From the IMG/VR virus record IMGVR_UViG_3300046314_000297: 60,615 nt of DNA, one strand, 5' to 3'. A program made the translations under genes and the position numbers. This DNA comes from an uncultured virus (IMG/VR IMGVR_UViG_3300046314_000297) (Duplodnaviria > Heunggongvirae > Uroviricota > Caudoviricetes). Within the stretch, counting starts at the first letter, position 1; each line of letters begins with the position of its first letter. Of this stretch, positions 30,718 to 40,321 are shown piece after piece. The notes under the pieces were generated by a model, which did no database searches, was not told the origin of the DNA, and worked only from the letters and a program-made list of their open reading frames with translations.

Positions 30718-31644
30718 ATGCCAAATCACGTTTGGAACAGCATTGGGGTTTCAGGGGCTATCGCTGACATTGAAGCGTTCGTTGCTAAGGCTGGCAAGCC
30801 ACACATTACAGAGTTCAAGGGCAAGCGTTATCAGGACGAAACTGGCGCTTGGAAGTATGACCCAGAGATTATTGACACCCACGAGGACACAGACCCATTC
30901 TCATTCTGGAACTTCATAAAGCCAGACGACGAGATTCTTCCTGTCTACTTTGGACACGAGAAGTCAGAGAAGCCAGAGGGCTACGAGGGCTGGGACTTCG
31001 CGGAGAAGATGGCGCACGACCTCAAGTTCACAGGCAACAACGCATACGACTGGAACGTTCGCAACTGGGGAACCAAGTGGGACGCATACGACCAGACCTT
31101 CGACGGCGTGACAACTGACGAAGCGATTGGAAAGGCGAGTGCGACTTACAGTTTCAATACGGCGTGGAGTATCCCAGTTCCAGTATTTGAAGCACTCTGC
31201 GAACAGCACCCAGAGTTGAGTTTCTCGTTTGAGTCGGAGGAGGAACAGGGCTGGGGCGCGACTTACGAGTCAAGCGCGGTAGACGACCCAGAGGACGGCG
31301 AGCCTACATCCGCACTACTTCTCATCAGCGAGTGGGACATCCCTGAGAGCCACGCAGAGTTGGTAGCCCGAGGGCGAGAATGCCACTGCGAGTATGACGA
31401 CGACGAGGACTCGTGGTATGACGACTGCCCTCGTGAAGAACGAGTGTTCACCGTTGTCGTTGAGCAGACTTTCGTGGTCAAGGCGACGGACGCAGAGAAG
31501 GCTTGGGAACTTGCCGAGGAACACCTCAACAAGCCGATTGAGAACTTGCCAGAGGGAGTCGAGCAGTCGGATGAGTATTCGCTGTTCGTCAAGAACCCAG
31601 AGACTGGCGAGCGTTTGTATCCGACACTCGGAGGGGGTGAGTAG
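30718..31644 (+). CDS. DUF1281/YubB ferredoxin-like domain protein
   Basis: MPNH..N, WNVRNWGTKWD, F.TAWS.P. Confidence 0.75.
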   Translation: MPNHVWNSIGVSGAIADIEAFVAKAGKPHITEFKGKRYQDETGAWKYDPEIIDTHEDTDPFSFWNFIKPDDEILPVYFGHEKSEKPEGYEGWDFAEKMAHDLKFTGNNAYDWNVRNWGTKWDAYDQTFDGVTTDEAIGKASATYSFNTAWSIPVPVFEALCEQHPELSFSFESEEEQGWGATYESSAVDDPEDGEPTSALLLISEWDIPESHAELVARGRECHCEYDDDEDSWYDDCPREERVFTVVVEQTFVVKATDAEKAWELAEEHLNKPIENLPEGVEQSDEYSLFVKNPETGERLYPTLGGGE

Positions 31645-31890
31645 CGTGGCAACACCAAAGACACCGAAGCCGAAGATGGGCAACGGCGCAACGACTCGTC
31701 TGACAGACGGACGACGCAAGTAGCAGAGGGAGAGGGCGAAAGCCCTCTCTTTTCTTTTGCCCCTCGTATTCATTTTTTCGTCATTGCCACGCCGATACAC
31801 GCCGCGATTTGACACGAGTTTGGAATAGGGTATAGACTACGAGAGTAGTCAACGAGGAAATGCCTCGACTACACAAAGGAGGGGATTGAA

Positions 31891-32283
31891 ATGGCAACTG
31901 CCGAACTTCAATCAGCACAGGTTGCTAAGGCGACCACCAGCATTACCAGCACCACAGAGGACAACCTAGTTGTTCTAACCCCTGCGATTCAGAAGCAGGT
32001 CAAGGCACTACGCGAGGCTCGCAATGTAGCGAAGCAGGCAAAGGCTCTAGGGGATACAGCACGAGACGTTATCTTGGAGTTCGTGGGGGAGACCACCACC
32101 AACCTCGTGGGCGTGGACGCAAAGGGCAAGCGTTTGATTAGCCTCAAGTTGATTCCAAGTTCAGAGAGTTTCGACTGGGCACGACTTCAACTTCAGCAGC
32201 CTGAGTTGTTCGAGATGCTCAAAAAGGAATACACCATTCCTCGTGGGGCAGGCGCACCAACTCCACGAGTGGACACGATTTAG
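31891..32283 (+). CDS. Hypothetical protein, related to 35898-36224
   Basis: Own promoter, GGAGGGG RBS and terminator. Confidence 0.7.
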   Translation: MATAELQSAQVAKATTSITSTTEDNLVVLTPAIQKQVKALREARNVAKQAKALGDTARDVILEFVGETTTNLVGVDAKGKRLISLKLIPSSESFDWARLQLQQPELFEMLKKEYTIPRGAGAPTPRVDTI

Positions 32284-32446
32284 TCCACTCACGAAAGTCG
32301 CTGGCGAGAGTTCCCCTCTCTCGCTGGCGATTTTTTGTATGGAGGCTGTATTCATTTTTTCATTAGATCCATAACTTCCAACGAATGGTTTGACTTGGAG
32401 ATAACAAACTGGTAAAGTGGAAGTAACTCAACCAAAGGGGATTCAA

Positions 32447-32899
32447 ATGAGAACCAGAGAATACGACCTCAACGTTTACGTCACAGATGGCGTGGCACGT
32501 TTGTCAGCATACGAATACACATATAGCGACAGCGACGACCCTCAGCCAAATGGCACAGAGATGAGCAAGTTCGTCACGTTGGAAGTTCCAATGGACAAAG
32601 CACACCACGACGAAGTGGCGTTTCTACTGAGCGACGAGGACTGGCAAGACTCACCAGTGGCAGACTGGCAGGACTACGACAGCCCATGGGAAAACTTGGC
32701 GTGGCTAGAGACAGCACCGGCAAGCATAAGAGCGTGGGGAGACGCGCTCGCGGAATACGAGCCGACCACTCAACACGAGTGGGAACTCTACACAATGGAC
32801 TTGAAATACGGCGAACGGCGAGACGTGAAGTGCCTCAACTGCGACGCGACATACCCTATCTACCGTTTGACATGGGAACAGATGACGGCTAAGGTGTAG
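32447..32899 (+). CDS. Acidic hypothetical protein with C-terminal CxxC
   Basis: AAGGGG RBS before ATG 32447. Confidence 0.65.
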   Translation: MRTREYDLNVYVTDGVARLSAYEYTYSDSDDPQPNGTEMSKFVTLEVPMDKAHHDEVAFLLSDEDWQDSPVADWQDYDSPWENLAWLETAPASIRAWGDALAEYEPTTQHEWELYTMDLKYGERRDVKCLNCDATYPIYRLTWEQMTAKV

Positions 32900-32901
32900 G
32901 T

Positions 32902-33126
32902 ATGAGAAAAGACATCAAGCAACTACGGATACTCGCAGAGCAACAAGGCTGGAGAGTAGAGCGCACTAACGGCGACCACTTACGGTGGCTCGCGCCAGAG
33001 GGTGGCATGGCTATCTACTCGGCAAGCACACCGTCTAATGCTCGCGGAATACTCAACCTCAGAGCGCAACTGCGTAAAGCGGGTCTACATTTAGAGAAGC
33101 ACGGCAAGCAAAAGGTGAACGCATGA
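32902..33126 (+). CDS. HicA-like small basic protein
   Basis: QGWRVERTNGDHLRW..P.G.....STPS. Confidence 0.6.
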   Translation: MRKDIKQLRILAEQQGWRVERTNGDHLRWLAPEGGMAIYSASTPSNARGILNLRAQLRKAGLHLEKHGKQKVNA

Positions 33127-33419
33127 AACTGTATCGGCAAGCACTAGGCGAGGTTCTGCGCGAAGCAAGAACGGTGAGGGGTCAGACCCTGCGACAAGTC
33201 TCAACGGCTGCCTCGTGCGCCCTCGGATACCTGTCGGAGTTGGAGAACGGACACAAGGAAGCGTCCTCGGAGATTTTGGAGGGGCTTGCCCGTGCGCTCA
33301 AGGTGACGGTGAGTGAACTCGCTATCCGTGCTGGCTTGCGTATAGCGGAGGAGAGTATCCCTGATACCCCTGCCGAACTCTACGAGGAAGCACCGGCCCT
33401 CATTCCTCACCGAGGATAG
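33123..33419 (+). CDS. XRE-family HTH regulator, ClgR-like
   Basis: LGEVLR..R...G.TLRQVS......LGYLSELE.G.KEASSE.L...AL. Confidence 0.8.
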   Translation: MKLYRQALGEVLREARTVRGQTLRQVSTAASCALGYLSELENGHKEASSEILEGLARALKVTVSELAIRAGLRIAEESIPDTPAELYEEAPALIPHRG

Positions 33420-33533
33420 CCTCGGGTGGTAACCCCGTATTCATTTTTTCAACAACCGACACGGCGAGCGCAATACTTGCTTGACGGCTTGCCGTAGGGT
33501 ATAGTTGGACTATCCAATGAAAGGGGTTGCCAA

Positions 33534-33929
33534 ATGGCAGAGAACATCACAACGGCGGGGCTAGTAGCCACCACACCAAGATACCTAGTCACGGCAGACG
33601 GCTTGCCGATTACTTCATTCCGGCTTGCCACAACTTCAAGAAAGTTTGACGCGCGAACTGGCGAGTGGGTTGACGGCGAGGCTAACTGGTATACCGTTAC
33701 CGCCTTCCACGACTTGGCTATCAATGCGGCAAGCAGTATCGAGAAGGGTCACCGTATTGTCGTTCAAGGCGCGGTTAGAGTGCGCGACTGGGATAACGGC
33801 GAGCGAAGCGGAACATCCGTAGAGATTGAAGCCGAGGTCATAGGTCACGACTTGAGTTGGGGAACCGCTGTGTTCACCCGAACCGTCTTGACTCGTAGGG
33901 TAGAGAAGCCAGAGACCGTGGGGGTATAG
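33534..33929 (+). CDS. ssb: Single-stranded DNA-binding protein, short form without acidic tail
   Basis: FRLATTSR.FD..TGEWVDG..W..V..F..LA.N...S..KG.R..V.G....R.W....GTSVEIEA..IG. Confidence 0.88.
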   Translation: MAENITTAGLVATTPRYLVTADGLPITSFRLATTSRKFDARTGEWVDGEANWYTVTAFHDLAINAASSIEKGHRIVVQGAVRVRDWDNGERSGTSVEIEAEVIGHDLSWGTAVFTRTVLTRRVEKPETVGV

Positions 33930-34105
33930 AGACCTTACCGAACAGATAGAGAAAACGCGGGAACTTGCTATCCCGCGTTTTTTCATAGTCGGGGTCGTAT
34001 TCATTTTTTCAACCGGCACGACACTTCACACTAAGATTTGGAAGTTGGCACGGAAAGTGGTAAGGTTGAACTATCACCGAAGACAAGGGTGAGAAAAGGG
34101 AAGAG

Positions 34106-37100
34106 ATGAACGAGATAAAGATTTGCCCAAAGTGTCAGGGCTACATCCCAAACAACAAGACACCGGGGGCATACTCAGGCGCGATTTCACGCCGAGACAA
34201 CAAGACAGAGATTTGTTCGGCTTGCGGAACTCATGAAGCGTTCGAGGACCTTTTCGCGAAAGAGCGAGTCAATGGCTAAGGCAGAGTGTTACGACTGTGA
34301 CGCGGAAATTGAAGTCGAAGACTCAACCTATGTCCACCCCTTGTGCGCTGAGTGTCAGAACGAAGCAGACGACTGGCTACAAACACAGATGTTGCTAATG
34401 AACTAAAAGTCACGCTCACCGAAAGGTGGGCGTTTCTTTTACGCCGCATCGCGTATTCATTTTTTCACCAACACAGTGGCGATTACTCACAACAACTCAC
34501 GAATGATTTGATTTTGTCCTAGCAGGGTGATAAGTTTGATTTGTTGCCGAAGTTCAGTAAGCAACGAAAGGGGCAACAAAATGGGTAACAGGGCTTGGAT
34601 TCAGATTTCAGCAGAGCAGTTTGAAACACCTATCAGCCTTTATGGTCACTGGTCGGGCGAGGACAACCTCACCGCCGTAGTCAAGACCCTAGAGAGTTCA
34701 ACACGCATTGGGGATGTGTCATACCTCACAGCACAGATTTTCTTCCACTTCACGCAACTAGGTGGCTACACAGGCGACACAGGGTTTGGCATTTCGACAG
34801 GCGAAGCCCCTAGCGTAGACGATGTGGACACCGTTTATGTGAACGCTGATAATGGTGAGTATACTTATCAGGGCGTAACTCACCACGAGTTTGCGCTAAT
34901 GAAGGCTTGAGTCGAGGTCGAGTCCACCACTCCCTTGATTCATTGGGTTAGGGTTAGCCCCCTTTCCCTAACCCCGAACGCCAGTAGATAATCCCCTTAT
35001 CTACTGGCGTTCACCATTTCTCAGGGATACGAGGCGTATTCATTTTTTCCTCGAGCTCAGACACGACGCAACAACTCACGAATGATTTGACTTGATACGA
35101 GTTATGTGTTACTTTTGTATTGCCTTTGAAAAGGCAGAAAGATAAGGGGCAACATGGAAAAGGTATTAGAGATTCGCAAGTTTGAGATTAGCTCAGACTG
35201 TTCATGCGAGGTATACGACGAGGACACAGACACGTCTTCACCAAGCGACGAGTGTTTCAACTGTTTCGCCGACGACAAGGATAATTTCAAATACGTGATT
35301 CTTCAGCCATGGCTTGAGGCTAATGGTTGGGATGAGGACACAGTTGTTTATGTGTTCAGCGCGAACATGAACTGGAATCACGTCGCGGGATGGACAAACG
35401 TCTACGCGAGAGAGGCTATCGACTGCCTAACTTTGAATGGCGAGTTTACCCTTAGTTACAAGTTGGATGGCAAGAACTTGACTTGCGTTCGTTCAAGCCA
35501 CGACGAACATGGCGCGTTGTTCACGTTCAGTGAGGCACAGAAGGATTATCGCGATGAGTAACCTAGTGTTCACCGGCCCTCGCGCCGTTCTCTCTCAGTT
35601 GTCTGCCGATTCGACAGTCATGTTCTCTCAGTTGATAGAGGATGACGAGTTGGTCGCGATGGTGTTAGCCAAGAAGCCATACGACACGTTGCTTGAATAC
35701 GTGAACGAAAACTACTGAGTCACGACAGGGAAGCCCCGCGGAAACGCGGGGTTTCTTTTTGCCCGCGGGAAGTCGCCGTATTCATTTTTTCAGCGAGCCT
35801 AGAGCCGACACGCTTAGGATTTGGTGTTTTTTGAAATAGGGGGTATCATTGACTTATGAAGTCAATAAGGCTTCACTAAATAGAAGGGGGTCGCCAAATG
35901 GCTACCAAGATTCAGAAGGCAACCGCGGTTGTCACCGAGGCTCGCAAGGTCTCAAAGGTTGTTGTTGCTAACGCCGAGCGTCTAGCGTTCGTTCGTGCCG
36001 AGGTTATTCGTCTAGAGGCAGAAGCCAAGCTCTTGCGCGATGGGCTTATCGCGGTTGCCGATGGCGCAACTACTCTTGTCCACAACAACATCGCCATCGT
36101 TGAGATTTCACCACGCTCAACCTCACGCGTAGACTCGAAGGCGTTGAAGGTTATGTTTCCTGAAGCATACGAGGCAACACTCAAAGTCACCGTATCACCT
36201 GTCGTGGATGTTCTGAAGCGATAAACGCCACGAGGAAGCCCCCTAGGATTCTCTAGGGGGTTTTTCCTTACCCTAAACACGCCAAGCCCGCCACGAGGCA
36301 CACAGCCCCGCCACGAGGGCGTATTCATTTTTTCGTCAAAACACGCCAGCTGAGGATTTGATTTGACAAGTGTCCGGCTTATGGATAAGATTTAGTTATA
36401 ACTAAATAGATGCACCACTCAATGCACCACCAACCTAAGGGGATTCAAATGGCAACTATGGCACCTGCTACCAACACCACTACCAAGTTCGACCTAGGCG
36501 CGACTCTAGACGAGCCGACCACCGCATCAGTCGTCACCGAGGTCGAGAAGTTCGACAACACTATGGTCTATGCCAAGACTTCACTAGAGATGTTCGTTAG
36601 CGCGGATAACGTGGATGACACAGTCTACCTTGACCTTCGCCAACTCAACTTTGTACGACTGGGCCCAACCGACGAAGAACAGATGCACGTATTCACCACC
36701 TTGCTCAACCACCGCTTCACTCGCGAGCAGGCCGAGGCACTGGTCGCCACGTTCACTCACGAACTCGCGAAACTCTAGCGAGCGCGACAAGCCCCTGTCG
36801 AAAGGCAGGGGTTTTGTCATTCCCCGGCTGTATTCATTTTTTCACAAGAAGACACAGGAGTGGGCTGAGATACTATGTTTTGTCCGAGGGGTTTGATAAA
36901 ATGGGAGTATCCAAATGAAAGGGGATAAAGAATGACAAACTACAGCGACGTGGAAGTTGCTCTTGAGAACGCTAAGGCGATTGCTTGGGACACCTGCCAC
37001 AAGATTTACGTTCTAATGGATGACGAGCAAGTTGAGAAGATGCGCGAGTACGAGTACGACCCTCTAATCACGAGCGACGAGATGGACCCTAGCGAAATGC

Positions 37101-38493
37101 TGTCCACGATTCAAACTTGGTATGAGGACTCTTGCGGATTGCGTTTCGTAGAAAGCGTCACCACAAATCACGAAGACCCTAACCTTGGGTTTGAAAGTCT
37201 GATTCCACAGGGCGCGGATGACGAAGATGACGACACCGACGAATCTGAAGACGACTACTTCGATGACGAGGATGACGAAGATGAGTAAGTTCGCGTTCAA
37301 CCTAGTTCTCAAGACTGATTACATCGAAGCAGAGAACATCGAAGAAGCAGAGAAGTTGCTGAACAAGTACATCGATGGGCTGGCTATGGTTGGTGAGCCT
37401 GAGATTACTTGGGACGAAGTTGACTGGCAGACCTTTGAAGGCGACCTAGTAATCAAAGACTTTAGTTCGCCCCTCAACTGAGCACGAAGAAGAACGCTCT
37501 CGAAAGAGGGCGTTTTTTCTCAGGCCCGTTGTATTCATTTTTTCAACTGGCGACACGGGGGGTTGGTCGAAAGTTGCGAAGGTTTGTCGAAAGTAGTAAA
37601 GTAGTTCTGTTGGCAAAAGCCAGCGTAAAGGGATAAGGGGTTTGAAATGAAGTTTGTAGTTCGTAGAGCAGTCATTGGAGTTCTAGCAGTTCCAGCAGTA
37701 GCCGGTGCGTATGTGTTTGGGTATCTAGGTCTGTTGCTTCTAGGCGCGGAGGGTGCGCTCAAGATTGAAGAAATCTGGAACAATGGAATGTTGATTGGTG
37801 GCGTGTGTGCCGTAATGCTCGTGTTCGCGCCACAGGTAAACAAGTTCCTCGACAGGGTTACTGGAGAGTAAAAGACTTGGCAGGGTTTATCCCCCTATCC
37901 CCTGCCCAAGAAAAGAGCGTGACCATTCCGCTCACGGCTAGGCACTTCCCCCAAGTGTCTAGCCTTTTTCTTTGCTCGGAAGTGTATTCATTTTTTCACC
38001 CTGCGACACGCGGATACAGATTGGATTTGCGCTCGCCGAGGATTTCCTGTAATGTAGTTCTTGTAGCCAGCAAGGGGTTGGCAGACAAGGGGTTCAAATG
38101 CTAAAGACTTCAACAGCCGAGTGCGTAGATTGCGCGGTTGCTATCACCAGCGACAACACGCAAGACGAGGGTGGAAAGTTTGCTTCACCACAGGGGGAAT
38201 ACGCTATCTGCGACAACTGCGCCAATGCTCGCATTGACGCTTACCTAGAGAACTAAGGGGCAGGGAAAATGGCCGACTCAATGAAAGGTTCTGGGATTGA
38301 CTCCGAGGACTACACCGCTTGGTTCTTTTGCTCACATTGTGACGAGGAACTGGAACTTGATGGAAAGTCAGACGACTATGGGATTATTGCGACAGCCGAG
38401 TGTCCTAAGTGCCGTTCAACCCTAGAGGTTGAAATGCCTAGCAAGGAACAGTTGCGCGAGGACTACCTAGCCGACTACGACCCAAACAACTAA
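34106..38493 (+). CDS. Small cassette genes: 34106-34279, 34272-34406, 34581-34910, 35154-35561, 35554-35718, 35898-36224, 36449-36778, 36932-37288, 37281-37481, 37647-37871, 38098-38256, 38269-38493
   Basis: The first gene of each unit follows a promoter and a purine-rich (mostly AAGGGG) RBS. Most are acidic or CxxC proteins, and 37647-37871 is a two-TM protein. Functions unknown. Confidence 0.7.
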
Positions 38494-38738
38494 ATAGACT
38501 TACCTAGCGCGGGCAACTTCGCTAGGTGGGAGAGAACCGAGTAACCCCCTTGCTCGTGCGACTCCGAAAGAGCCAGACACTAATCCCCTTGTGTCTGGTT
38601 CTTTTGTTTCTACGGTGCTATTCATTTTTTCAGCAAGACTCCCCCGGGCGTGTCGATTTGCGCCACCCTGGTTGGGGTGCTACAGTTGATACTGTAGTCA
38701 GGAAGCAGATAGCGGAGGGCTACACGCAAGGGGAAGAA

Positions 38739-39074
38739 ATGTCTTCAATCATTACTGTTCCAGTTCAGTTCCAGGCCGAGGACTTCTGGAGTGAAATCAT
38801 GGGTTCAGCCTGGGAGACCTGGGACTGGTGGGTGACCCTGGACTACAGCCAGGGCGCGTCCTGGGACAAGGTTGGCGAAATCACCGTTACATCCTGGGAC
38901 GGCGAGACCGAGGGCGAGACCCTAGTCACCAAGACCCTCACCATCCAGGACCTGGCTGAGTCTTACGGCAAGTGCCTGGCCGAAGGGTTCCGAATCAACA
39001 TCCACGACCTGGACGCCGGCCAGGGCGACGTCATCCTTCAGATGGCAATGTTCGGAGAAGTCGTCTACGGATAG
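38739..39074 (+). CDS. Acidic hypothetical protein on CCWGG-rich DNA
   Basis: AAGGGG RBS. C-terminal DLDA..GDVILQ.A.FGEVVYG. Confidence 0.7.
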   Translation: MSSIITVPVQFQAEDFWSEIMGSAWETWDWWVTLDYSQGASWDKVGEITVTSWDGETEGETLVTKTLTIQDLAESYGKCLAEGFRINIHDLDAGQGDVILQMAMFGEVVYG

Positions 39075-39111
39075 TTTCACCAGGACGCCCCTCGGCAGAA
39101 ATGCCGGGGGG

Positions 39112-39162
39112 TTTTCCACAGCCTGTGGAAAGTTATCCACAGACTTATCCACATGTGGATAA
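39112..39162. promoter_or_regulatory. Cluster of five DnaA-box-like 9-mers
   Basis: TTTTCCACA at 39112 (+), CTTTCCACA at 39124 (-), TTATCCACA at 39133 (+), 39145 (+) and 39154 (-). Confidence 0.85.
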
Positions 39163-39307
39163 CTTTTTTTGGAGAGGTCTATTCATTTTTTCGTCAAACG
39201 ACACGCACTTACGGAGACGATTTGACAGCTGCCAAAAACCCGAGTAGGCTTACTAATGTAATCAGGAAGCCAAGGGGGCGGAGGGTTACTGAAGGGGTGG
39301 GGTTCCA

Positions 39308-39646
39308 ATGGGACTTCTTATCAGCGTGTATCGGTCGGACTACGACAGCAAGGCAAATGTTTTCCACGGAAAGCGTCAGCTAGTTCTCGTGAATGTCGAA
39401 GGGCCATTCCAGCCATCAGACAACGCACCAGCTGCCAAGTTGGTTCAGGGTCACGGTAAGACCGCAATCATCGTGCCAGCGGACGAAGGCTTTGACGGCG
39501 TTCAGATGAACGGCGGAACTTACGGCTCAACCAGCGACAGTCGCTTTCAGCGAGCCGTAGAGGGACTAGTCGGAGTCTCACACTTTGCGGTGGCAATCCA
39601 CGACCGTCGTGAGTCGTGGGCGGAATACGAGCAGTTCAGCCAGTAG
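39308..39646 (+). CDS. Hypothetical phage protein
   Basis: Motifs NVEGPF.P...APA, MNGGTY..TSDSRF and AIHDR.E. Own promoter and terminator. Confidence 0.7.
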   Translation: MGLLISVYRSDYDSKANVFHGKRQLVLVNVEGPFQPSDNAPAAKLVQGHGKTAIIVPADEGFDGVQMNGGTYGSTSDSRFQRAVEGLVGVSHFAVAIHDRRESWAEYEQFSQ

Positions 39647-39801
39647 GCAACCAAGCGAAAGGCTCACCCGAAGGGGTGGGCTTTTTTCTTGCTCGTTAGT
39701 CTATTCATTTTTTCATCCGGATGCGGGGAAGCTTGCGCGGTTCGTTGGAAGTTGGTAAAGTTGGAGTATCAACCAGATTGGTTGAAGATAAGGGGCTTCA
39801 A

Positions 39802-40149
39802 ATGGAAAAGATTGGTTTGGTAGTGGACTCGGAGTTCACCGCGTCTGTGACCAGGTTGTCACTCAAGGAACTACAAGCTGCGGTCGATGGTCTGATTCAG
39901 CCGATTGACATTCGCGAGGGCTTGACTATGTGGGTAAACGAGGAGTTCTTGTTTCGCTCAGAACCAGACGCAAACGTTTTGGCTAGTGCGTTCTTCGCTG
40001 AGGCTGGTGGAAAGTATGACATCCACGGAACTGTCGTCTTCACTGGTGGCACGGATGAGGATGGCAACACTCTCGGGCTGTCAGACGAGCACCGCGAGTT
40101 AGTGGAGTCGCTCTGTAAGTTCGGGATTGGCGTTCGCGAAATGGCTTAG
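39802..40149 (+). CDS. DUF3846-like protein
   Basis: LKELQAAVDG.I......MWVNEE......N..AS......I.G.VVFTG..D..G.T.GL. Confidence 0.75.
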   Translation: MEKIGLVVDSEFTASVTRLSLKELQAAVDGLIQPIDIREGLTMWVNEEFLFRSEPDANVLASAFFAEAGGKYDIHGTVVFTGGTDEDGNTLGLSDEHRELVESLCKFGIGVREMA

Positions 40150-40321
40150 ATTTCAAAAAAGGAAAGTCCGGCTTCGGTCGGGCTTTTTCTTTTTCTCGGG
40201 GCTATTCATTTTTTCCTTCAGCTCGCAGACAACACACGGAAGTTCGTGGGAAGTTGCGTAGGCAGGGCGTTTCGATTAGGCTTAGGTCATAAGCCAAATG
40301 GTTTGGCGAAAGGGGATTCAA

